Below, one piece after another: positions 31,132 to 39,210 of a DNA stretch of 58,575 bases (positions are counted from its first letter, which is position 1; each line of letters opens with the position of its first letter). The position numbers and the translations under genes are program-made. The notes under the pieces were generated by a model. It saw nothing but the letters and a program-made list of their open reading frames with translations, was not told the DNA's origin and made no database searches. Location of the stretch: positions 1-58,575 of the forward strand of contig JAUWTD010000001.1 of NCBI GenBank assembly GCA_030609775.1, read 5' to 3'. The DNA is from Candidatus Altiarchaeota archaeon (GTDB lineage: Archaea > Altiarchaeota > Altiarchaeia > IMC4 > QMZM01).

Positions 31132-33162
31132 ATGTTTAAGCCGTTGCAGATGAAGAAAATCAGGATTCTTATAATAGACAACTACTTAGACAAAGTAATG
31201 AATATGCTCGGCAAAAAAGGAGCATTACAGATAACAAAAGTAGAGGAAAGCGAAATTAAACCACCTGAAAGGAAAAAAATCATTGAAGGCTACTCTAACC
31301 TACTGAATAAGATAAATGTAATCACAGACATTCTCGGCATAGAGGACATAGAGGACAGAGAAACTAAAACCCTTCTTCAGGAGAAGCCAACAGAAGAATA
31401 TTTAGGAGAGATAGAGGAAACAATTGAGGAAATATATAAAGAAACTAAACCAATCGCAGAAAAATTAGGGAAAATAAAAGACGAGAAGACAACACTTGAA
31501 GACCACATAATTGCATTAAATGCCTTAGACAAAATAGAAGTTGATACAGACTGGCTTGGGGTCTCAGATTTCATGTACACAACCTCAGGATTCATAAACC
31601 CAAAGAACATAGATGAACTCACAACAAGACTAAACGAGATAACAAAAAAACAATGCATCATACTCACTAAACCAGAAAGCCTGCCAGAAAACAAAAACAT
31701 AACAGTTATCGCAACATTAAAACAGTATCAACATGATGTAGAAGGCATCCTCAGAGGACTGAGATTTGAAACACTAAACATCACATACAGAAACCTTGAT
31801 GAAATAGAAAAAAAGCTCAAAATAATCAATAAAGAAGAGAAAAAACTCCACAATGATTTAGAAAAAATAAAATACGAACGATTTAATGACATACTTGTAG
31901 CAAAGGAGATAACAGAGATAGAAAAAAACACACAAAATAGCATAATAAACTTCGGGAAAACCCAGAGAGTATATGTACTTGAAGGATGGATCCCCGCAAA
32001 GGAAGTCGATCCAGTGAGTAAGGAAATAGAAGAAATAACAGAAGGATGCAACCTAATCCAAACAAATGAACCAAATAAAAAGGATGACGTCCCAGTATCC
32101 TACAATAACCCGAAAGCAATCAAACCATTCGAAATCGTCATGGACATGTTTGGTCTGCCAGCGTACACTGAAATAGATCCGACACCTATCATGGCAATAA
32201 CGTTCCCCTTGTTCTTCGGCCTTATGTTCGGTGACGTTGGACACGGAGCAATATTCGCACTCCTCGGCTTAGGCATCATATACAAAAAGAGAGGAAACGA
32301 ATCAATGTGGAAAATAGGGATGCTCCTATTCTACTGCGGGATGGCGGCAGTTATCTTTGGTTTCATGTATGGGAGCTTCTTTGGCGACGAAGAAATGCTA
32401 CCACACACATATAAGGAACTAGGTATCGGGCACGCTGTTGAAATAGAACACAACGGACATATTGAGGAGATTTGGGTCCTCTGGATGAGCCCACCACACC
32501 AGATGATGGATATGATTGGTATAACACTCCTCTTCGGCGCAATACATATGGTTATAGGGCTTATAATGAACGTCATAAACAATTTAATTGAATCAGGATC
32601 AGGCACACTGATACAATCCATATCAAAGGTGTGGTTCCTTATCGGAGAAGTTGCAGTGATAGCAGTAGTATTCCCCTTCCCCATCCCCTTCTTCAGTTCA
32701 ATGAAGGATACCGTTCCCCTGGCAAACATACTGTTAATAGGTCTGGCGATACCCGGAGCAGGCATACTGCTCAGCGAACTAACCCATGCACTGCACGATT
32801 TCAGCATAAAAAAGTTTATAGGAATAACATTAAACGGATTATTCGAAATCTTTGAACTATTCTCAATGTTCTTAAGCAACACCATCTCATACAGCAGACT
32901 CCTCATCCTCGCAGTAGTCCACGCAATGATGATGACGGCAATCTATAAAATAGCAAACATGGAAGCATTATCAGGTCTATTCATAGTAAGCTTATTAATC
33001 ATAATAGGTGGAAACATACTAGTACTCGTCCTTGAAGGATTAGTCGTCTTCATCCACACAATCAGGCTACACTTCTACGAATGGTTCACGAAATTCCATA
33101 GATCAGGCGGCATCAAATACGCACCATACATCGTCGAGAGAAAATACACTGAACTAAACTGA
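31132..33162 (+). CDS. atpI: A-type ATP synthase subunit I (a subunit)
   Basis: 676 aa. Cytoplasmic coiled-coil N-half, then a membrane C-half with EIDPTP....FP.FFG.MFGD.GHG and LSNTISYSRL..L...H. Confidence 0.85.
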   Translation: MFKPLQMKKIRILIIDNYLDKVMNMLGKKGALQITKVEESEIKPPERKKIIEGYSNLLNKINVITDILGIEDIEDRETKTLLQEKPTEEYLGEIEETIEEIYKETKPIAEKLGKIKDEKTTLEDHIIALNALDKIEVDTDWLGVSDFMYTTSGFINPKNIDELTTRLNEITKKQCIILTKPESLPENKNITVIATLKQYQHDVEGILRGLRFETLNITYRNLDEIEKKLKIINKEEKKLHNDLEKIKYERFNDILVAKEITEIEKNTQNSIINFGKTQRVYVLEGWIPAKEVDPVSKEIEEITEGCNLIQTNEPNKKDDVPVSYNNPKAIKPFEIVMDMFGLPAYTEIDPTPIMAITFPLFFGLMFGDVGHGAIFALLGLGIIYKKRGNESMWKIGMLLFYCGMAAVIFGFMYGSFFGDEEMLPHTYKELGIGHAVEIEHNGHIEEIWVLWMSPPHQMMDMIGITLLFGAIHMVIGLIMNVINNLIESGSGTLIQSISKVWFLIGEVAVIAVVFPFPIPFFSSMKDTVPLANILLIGLAIPGAGILLSELTHALHDFSIKKFIGITLNGLFEIFELFSMFLSNTISYSRLLILAVVHAMMMTAIYKIANMEALSGLFIVSLLIIIGGNILVLVLEGLVVFIHTIRLHFYEWFTKFHRSGGIKYAPYIVERKYTELN

Positions 33163-33179
33163 CTGAAAAAATAAAAAAA

Positions 33180-33377
33180 TTGAAGTCAAAAAACGAGGTA
33201 TTTAACACAAGCCTGATGCTCGGCGTAGAATTTGCTTTAATAACCATAATCTTTATCTTCTCAGGATTCTACATAGGATCCCTGATCAATAAAACCGCTA
33301 CAGCAGTGTGCACAGTCACAGGAGCCACCCTCGGATTCGCCATCGCATTACGCAGACTAATCAAAAAAGTAGAATAA
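33180..33377 (+). CDS. Small two-TM membrane protein after atpI (AtpZ/AtpI-like assignment is tentative)
   Basis: 65 aa with a TTG start, 17 nt after atpI. It has two hydrophobic helices and a basic tail. Confidence 0.4.
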   Translation: MKSKNEVFNTSLMLGVEFALITIIFIFSGFYIGSLINKTATAVCTVTGATLGFAIALRRLIKKVE

Positions 33378-33582
33378 AATAGTTTTTCTGTTTATTTCAA
33401 TTAAAAACATTAAACAATCTTTTGACTCAGGAATCATGTTTAATGTATCAACTGATGCCTGCGCTTCCAACCTACCAGGTCCATCGACATCGACATCACC
33501 GCCATCAGAATAGATTACTGTATTAATTTTAGGGTTGATGCTATTATCCCCTAAGACCTTAGCATAAAATTCCAGATACTCC

Positions 33583-33690
33583 AAAAATCAACAACTCCAC
33601 CCTGAAGGGTGGAGTATGAACTTACAAAGTCGGCAATTAGGCATTCATCTGCGGCTTAAAAGCCGCAGTATTCTGCCGACTTTGTAATAA
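33583..33690. repeat. 108-nt double-hairpin element, copy 1
   Basis: 100% identical to 40641-40748. Hairpin 1 is ctccaccc-tgaa-gggtggag (33595-33614). Hairpin 2 has a 12-bp outer stem acaaagtcggca/tgccgactttgt, an internal loop and an 8-bp inner stem ctgcggct-taaa-agccgcag (33624-33685). Confidence 0.9.
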
Positions 33691-34033
33691 ATCAGAGCCA
33701 ATTTCAAACCCTCTGCGCCTGATGAATCTTAAGCCCCACCGGATCATACCAGTAAGAATAATCCCCTTCCAACTCAATAGAACCCAATCGATTCAACAGT
33801 AATGAAACCAGACGCCTGATTACTAACTAAACCCACCTCACTAGGACAACTTAACTCAAGCTTGATCTCTCTTCTCCCTTCAGTTAAGGGCACTAGAGTA
33901 GACCAGATCCACCTGATTTGTATCTTTTGTATCTTCGCCTATATCTTTGGTATCCGCGCAACCAGATAACAGAATACTTGAGGTTAACAAAACCAAACAA
34001 CAAAATAGATTAAATTCCCTTCAAGAAATCATC

Positions 34034-35635
34034 TTAATCTTTAAGCATCTCCTCTAAAATCTTCGCATACGCAGGCCGAGTCACAAAGACACCAATCAAG
34101 ACACCTGCTATCGTCATGAAGGCAAATCCTTTAAGTGCCTGAATCGAAAACACTGGAAGCATCACAGCTATTGTTGTTGCCGCCGCAGTAAAGATGATGA
34201 AAAACGCCCTCCTGATTTGATTAAGCACACTCACAACCTTCTTTTTTTCTCCCTTACCTCTCTTTATCAGCTCATCAGTGATGACAATCTGATCATCAAC
34301 ACCAGTACCTACAGCAGCAATTATTCCTGCAATCGCAGGAAGATCAAGCTCCCAGTTTATTATCGCAGCTATTCCAAGGACGATGAGTATCTCAGAAAAT
34401 CCAGTGATTAGTGTAGGCACAACAATAAAGAGCGCCCTATACCTTAAATAGATTGCTAATGCCACAGTAAAGATTGCAATAATGCCTATTATGAAACTGT
34501 ATCCAAGGAATTTCTCACCGATAGATGCAGGAAACTCAGATTTGGATTCGACAACTGCTTTTACCGGCAGGTTCCCGGAACTAAGCAAAATCTTATTCTC
34601 CTCACTTGCCTCTATTGCCTCCTCAAGAGTTAAGGCGCTGCCAGATATCTGAGCATTATACTTACATTGAGTACATGGATCACACCGCAGATTAGGTGAC
34701 GACTTCAACCCCAATATGTCAAAAATCCATTCACCATAATCCCTATCATCCCTCGGCTTCCGCTCAGTTGAAAAATTATATTCCTCCAACTGATTCCGGA
34801 CAGCTTCAGATACCTGAACTTCATCTGCTGCAATTATTATCTTATGATAGATATTATAATCTGCTAATATTTCAGGATCCACCGTATTGTTTTCGATTAC
34901 AAGCACAGGAATCAGGGAACGGTTCTCTACTATCCTAATATAGGAATCAGACTCCATATCATCCTCATTCTCAGTTAACTCATCAAGAATATTATATGTT
35001 GCCTTATTCATGACAATAAAGGTATTTTCCGGACGATCCACAAACATGTCAATTGGCTTACCTCTCTTATCTCCTCCAACCTCGCAGAATTTTTCTCCGC
35101 CAGACCTTGTTAATCTAATAGAAACATACCAATTATAAGGGCCCCCACCACTTATACCGCTGCCCTGCGGACCAAGATCAATGCTGACATCTGATCCATG
35201 GATAGCTAATTCACCATCTATCCTCGCCTCAAACCTTGCCTGCTGCTTTAATATATTCTCAATTGCCTCAATCTCCGCAGGGGATGCGCTCGCCACCTGT
35301 ATCAAGATATAACGCTCACCCCAAGGCCTTACAGGAATATCCCTCAAACCCATAGAATTCAAACGCTTCTCTAAGATATTCTTCTCGATTTCAAGAAGAT
35401 CAGATGAAAGAGTATTATTTACAGGCTCTTCAAGCCTAAGCTGAATTTGAGTTCCCCCTGCAAAATCAAGCCCATAATCTAGGCCGTTTCCGAACCCAAT
35501 TCCCAAGGGTTCATTTGCACGCTCTTTGTTTAGTGGAACCACATTAAAGACACATACTAAGGAGATGAAAATTAAGACTGCCAGTAGGATTATCCTCCAA
35601 CTCCGTAAAAGATTCCTTATTTTAGATTCCATCAT
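34034..35635 (-). CDS. secD: Protein-export membrane protein SecD (archaeal, large extracytoplasmic domain)
   Basis: 533 aa. N-terminal TM, GLDFAGGTQIQL, a large loop, then a C-terminal 5-TM block with GTGVDDQIVITDE. It lies downstream of secF, as in archaeal secFD operons. Confidence 0.75.
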   Translation of the reverse strand: MMESKIRNLLRSWRIILLAVLIFISLVCVFNVVPLNKERANEPLGIGFGNGLDYGLDFAGGTQIQLRLEEPVNNTLSSDLLEIEKNILEKRLNSMGLRDIPVRPWGERYILIQVASASPAEIEAIENILKQQARFEARIDGELAIHGSDVSIDLGPQGSGISGGGPYNWYVSIRLTRSGGEKFCEVGGDKRGKPIDMFVDRPENTFIVMNKATYNILDELTENEDDMESDSYIRIVENRSLIPVLVIENNTVDPEILADYNIYHKIIIAADEVQVSEAVRNQLEEYNFSTERKPRDDRDYGEWIFDILGLKSSPNLRCDPCTQCKYNAQISGSALTLEEAIEASEENKILLSSGNLPVKAVVESKSEFPASIGEKFLGYSFIIGIIAIFTVALAIYLRYRALFIVVPTLITGFSEILIVLGIAAIINWELDLPAIAGIIAAVGTGVDDQIVITDELIKRGKGEKKKVVSVLNQIRRAFFIIFTAAATTIAVMLPVFSIQALKGFAFMTIAGVLIGVFVTRPAYAKILEEMLKD

Positions 35636-36762
35636 TTATTGATTTCTCTAAGGGATTTCCGTATGTTAAGCTTACCCCCTTTCTCCTCCACATACCATTT
35701 AAGTATTCCCGCATTCATCATCCAGGTTGTTGCCAGATCACCGACTAAACCAATCAACAAAACCGATGCAATACTTGTAAGCAACGCTATCTGAAAGATA
35801 AATGTCGACACAACAAGGATAACTAACATGACAGATAGGGTTGTTCCAGTCATAGTCAAACCCGTTTTCATCGCATTATTTATGCGATCATCCACCGTAC
35901 CGGTTTTATTTCTTAATACCCTTGTCGTCAACAAGATATCTGAATCAACAGAGTAACCGACAAGCATAAGCAACGCCACAAGAGATGCCGGCTCAAGCAC
36001 AATCCCAAAGAGACTCATACCACCTAAAGCAATCAATGCATCACATGTTCCTGCAAGGAGCACTGCAAAAGAAGGAACAAAATCCCTGAACGCAAAAAAT
36101 ATTACAGAAATAATCAAAAGATACGCAACCACAACCGCACCTTTGCCCTGCTTCCAGAAGGTCGCACCAAGGATTTCGCCAACAGGCTTAATGTTTATGT
36201 TCTTCTTCTGTAACTCCAACGTAAAGTCTTCAACAAGATAAAAATCAAGCGCACTGTGAAGTTTCTGCTCATCCAAATCAAATCCATCAATCTCCAACAC
36301 ACCCAATGCTTCATCGAAACTGACATCAGCAGTAAAACGGGATGCTATCTTGTCCTGGATATCCGCAGGGACATCCCCCCCAACATCCACTACAACAGAA
36401 TCGATCTCATAGAGGCTGCCAACATAGGGTAGAATAGTTAACTTAAACACCTCCTGATCGATCTGGCTTGTTGTTATGATCGTAAGCTTGGTTTTGCTCG
36501 TCAACAAATCCTTGCCAGAATAGACCTCCAAATCCTCAAGACCTAATGATGCCAACTGCAAAGTCAACTCATCAACCTCACCAGAAGTCAATGCTTCCTC
36601 CGGCACCACCTCAATCCAGGTACCCCCCCTAAAATCAATCCCCAACGGGATCCCATGAACACAGACAAGAGCAACGGAAAGAAGAGTTAAAATTATAGGG
36701 AAAACCATAAGAGTCTTATAATTAACTCGCCTAATAAGTTGAGAATACATATCATCAAGCAT
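35632..36762 (-). CDS. secF: Protein-export membrane protein SecF
   Basis: 376 aa with GIDFRGGTWIEV and a C-terminal TM block with VGYSVDSDILLTTRVL. 4-nt overlap with secD. Confidence 0.7.
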   Translation of the reverse strand: MLDDMYSQLIRRVNYKTLMVFPIILTLLSVALVCVHGIPLGIDFRGGTWIEVVPEEALTSGEVDELTLQLASLGLEDLEVYSGKDLLTSKTKLTIITTSQIDQEVFKLTILPYVGSLYEIDSVVVDVGGDVPADIQDKIASRFTADVSFDEALGVLEIDGFDLDEQKLHSALDFYLVEDFTLELQKKNINIKPVGEILGATFWKQGKGAVVVAYLLIISVIFFAFRDFVPSFAVLLAGTCDALIALGGMSLFGIVLEPASLVALLMLVGYSVDSDILLTTRVLRNKTGTVDDRINNAMKTGLTMTGTTLSVMLVILVVSTFIFQIALLTSIASVLLIGLVGDLATTWMMNAGILKWYVEEKGGKLNIRKSLREINK

Positions 36763-36836
36763 GTAAGTATTTTACAATATTTGCATAAAAATCAGACCTT
36801 AAACCAGTTTAAGTAAATCAATCCTAATTAATTGCG

Positions 36837-37304
36837 GTGTCTAAAAAAAAAATGTTTAATAAAGTAGTTATCGGAGGAACCTTTAACAAGATACATAAAG
36901 GCCATGGAAGAATCCTTAAAGCAGGCCTTACACTTGGCAGATCCACGATTATAGGTCTGACATCGGATGATTTCGCATCAAGATTCAGGATCGAAAAAAT
37001 CACTCCCTATAAGGAAAGGGAAAAAAACCTTGAAAAAATCCTGGATTCAATGGAGAAACCATACAAAATAGTTGAGATAAAAGATACATACGGTATTGCA
37101 ACAATAGACCCTGACCTTGACTGCATAGTAGTTAGCGAAGAGACCCTGCTCAGGGCAGAAGAAATAAACACAATCAGATTCAAAAAAGGCCTCGATAAAT
37201 TAACCATAGTTGTAATGCCTCTCGTGCTTGCAGACGACGGAAAACCTATCTCAGGCAGCAGGATAAACTCCGGTGAAATCAACGGCGAAGGCAAACTTAT
37301 ATAA
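36837..37304 (+). CDS. Phosphopantetheine adenylyltransferase, archaeal cytidylyltransferase-like type
   Basis: 155 aa. VVIGGTFNKIHKGH is the (H/T)xGH nucleotidyltransferase motif, and the size and pattern match archaeal PPAT. Confidence 0.7.
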   Translation: MSKKKMFNKVVIGGTFNKIHKGHGRILKAGLTLGRSTIIGLTSDDFASRFRIEKITPYKEREKNLEKILDSMEKPYKIVEIKDTYGIATIDPDLDCIVVSEETLLRAEEINTIRFKKGLDKLTIVVMPLVLADDGKPISGSRINSGEINGEGKLI

Positions 37305-37318
37305 AGAAAGAGTATACT

Positions 37319-38026
37319 ATGAAACCTCAGCTTTCAAGGATATTGATTTTCCTTGGAATCGCCTCTATTCTATCATTCACCCTATTTTCTATCATACTCT
37401 ACGTCTTCTTTAACCCGACTGCAACAACTACAACAACTACAACATCAAATACTACAACAACCACAACAACAACCAGCACCACGACACCGACTACGACAAC
37501 AACCAGCACCACGACACCGACTACGACAACAACCAGCACCACGACATCGACCACCCGACCTATTGAATGCGGATCGAATATAGACTGCGGGGAAAAACAC
37601 TATTCTGGAACATATTTCTGCAACAAGGAGGTTATCTCACTTATGGAATGCACCCCAAAATGTGTTCACGGCATTTGCAAGGAAAAATGCGTACCCAAAC
37701 CAATAGACCAATGCGGCAGAAACGAGACATGTATACCAGGTAGAAGAGCCTGCATAAAAGATGATGAATTCGAGAATGTGTCATCCTTTATTGAGATAAG
37801 GTATGGTGAATATGCCATATCATATAAACACCAGTTCAGGTTAAACTACACAGTCTACATATCAGAATATGAGATTAGTGCAGTGCTCGTAGATGTGATA
37901 AAACCTGGTGGAAAAGAAGAGCAGACACTCATCAAATGGGAGAGGGATACAATAATAGATGACATAAAAATAGGGCTCTATGCAATAAAGAGTACATCAG
38001 TTATCCTCTGGATACAAAAAACGTAA
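37319..38026 (+). CDS. Membrane-anchored or secreted protein with a poly-Thr stalk and a Cys-rich domain
   Basis: 235 aa. N-terminal TM, about 50 aa of T/S/P, then a CGSNIDCGEKHYSGTYFCN...C..KC..G.C...C module. Confidence 0.55.
   Translation: MKPQLSRILIFLGIASILSFTLFSIILYVFFNPTATTTTTTTSNTTTTTTTTSTTTPTTTTTSTTTPTTTTTSTTTSTTRPIECGSNIDCGEKHYSGTYFCNKEVISLMECTPKCVHGICKEKCVPKPIDQCGRNETCIPGRRACIKDDEFENVSSFIEIRYGEYAISYKHQFRLNYTVYISEYEISAVLVDVIKPGGKEEQTLIKWERDTIIDDIKIGLYAIKSTSVILWIQKT
37463..37555 (+). repeat. Three tandem copies of a 30-nt unit encoding TTTTTSTTTP
   Basis: aaccagcaccacgaca(c/t)cga occurs at 37471, 37501 and 37531, an exact 30-nt period. Confidence 0.85.
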
Positions 38027-38072
38027 ACTATTTTAAGCATGCAGGAAAAAGAATGATATAAACAAAAAAAAA

Positions 38073-38810
38073 ATGGAAAGAGTAAAAACAGGGATAAAAG
38101 GTTTAGACGAGCTTATAGGAGGGGGCGTGCCTGAAGGTTCAAGTGTTTTGGTTGCAGGATCCTGCGGCACAGGGAAGACAATAGTTTCTTTGCAATTCTT
38201 ATACAAAGGTGCCCTTGCAGGTGAACCTGGAGTGTATGTTACCTTTGAGGAGTCAAAGAAGAAGACGATAACACAGTGCCAACAATTTGGATGGGACATA
38301 GAGGAATTAGAGAATAGAAACCTATTTGACATCTATGTTGTTGATACAGATGACTTAGATGAGGTCCTGGCCAACATAAGAAGCAAGGTAGATAAGATAA
38401 ACGCAAAGAGACTCGTCATCGACTCATTAACGATGATGATGGAACATGGCACGATATATAGGTCAAGGATATCAAAGGAAGTAGGTAAACGAGAAAAAGA
38501 AAAGGTTAAATCAAGATTCCCTATGAAAGGATTCGAAGTCACTAGAAGAGACATATACGCAGTAGTAGGTGAGATAAACAGCCTTGAAACCACATCCTTC
38601 CTAGTGTCTGAAGCAGGTGACGGAGGAGAATATATTTCAAGAGACACAATAAGCGAATTCGCATGCGATGGAGTAATCCAGTTAACCATCAATGAATTAG
38701 GCGGCGAAATAGAGAAACTTCTCTCAGTCAGAAAACTAAGAGGAACTGAAATAACCATGACTCTTTCACCTATAAATTTCACAAAAACCGGAATAGAGAT
38801 CGAGGAATAG
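38073..38810 (+). CDS. Single-domain KaiC/RecA-superfamily ATPase
   Basis: 245 aa with GIKGLDELIGGGVPEGSSVLVAGSCGTGKT (Walker A), YVTFEES and Walker B RLVIDSL. This is the typical archaeal KaiC-like (COG0467-type) layout. Confidence 0.8.
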   Translation: MERVKTGIKGLDELIGGGVPEGSSVLVAGSCGTGKTIVSLQFLYKGALAGEPGVYVTFEESKKKTITQCQQFGWDIEELENRNLFDIYVVDTDDLDEVLANIRSKVDKINAKRLVIDSLTMMMEHGTIYRSRISKEVGKREKEKVKSRFPMKGFEVTRRDIYAVVGEINSLETTSFLVSEAGDGGEYISRDTISEFACDGVIQLTINELGGEIEKLLSVRKLRGTEITMTLSPINFTKTGIEIEE

Positions 38811-38811
38811 G

Positions 38812-39210
38812 ATGGCAGAGGATAGATTCGATCAAATTCACAGAATCCTGAAGAGGCTTTATGACGAACACGACGACATAGACGCGTGCATGGTCGTCAG
38901 AAAAGGCATGGAAGGGGTTATTATGTTCCCTGATGATTTCATAGACAAGATCTCAACAATCTGGGATCCCTTAAATGATATAATAAACAAACTAATGGAG
39001 ATCATCTCAGATAATGTGATGTACGGAATAGAGAAAACATATATGGAGGTATTTGACTACGGCATAATATTCCATACAATATCTATGTCAGATACGTCAC
39101 TTGTTACATTCATCAGCAAAAACACAGACAATGAAACCATAGACACCCTCTCAGGAAAACTCAAAGATATTATCGAGGCCAAAAACAGAATCCAAGAGAT
39201 AATTGAATAA
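38812..39210 (+). CDS. Small cytoplasmic protein, Roadblock/LC7 (MglB)-like (tentative)
   Basis: 132 aa, starting 2 nt after the KaiC-like stop. The alternating pattern IDACMVVRKGMEGVI ... YGIIFHTISMSDTSLVTFI fits the Roadblock alpha-beta-alpha layout. Judged by eye only. Confidence 0.4.
   Translation: MAEDRFDQIHRILKRLYDEHDDIDACMVVRKGMEGVIMFPDDFIDKISTIWDPLNDIINKLMEIISDNVMYGIEKTYMEVFDYGIIFHTISMSDTSLVTFISKNTDNETIDTLSGKLKDIIEAKNRIQEIIE

Noticed and set aside
33357-33584. 75-aa minus-strand ORF as a real gene
   Set aside because: It has a TTG start immediately after a stop inside the 108-nt element, no motif, and sits in a region of broken frames. It is kept only as part of the finding on the degraded region.
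33624-33690. Hairpin 2 of the 108-nt element as an archaeal H/ACA guide RNA (stem, internal pocket, stem)
   Set aside because: No ACA box follows the lower stem in copy 1, no K-turn/K-loop (GA pairs) lies in the upper stem, and the pocket is very asymmetric (13/5 nt). Classic MITE status is also rejected because there are no terminal inverted repeats or target-site duplications.
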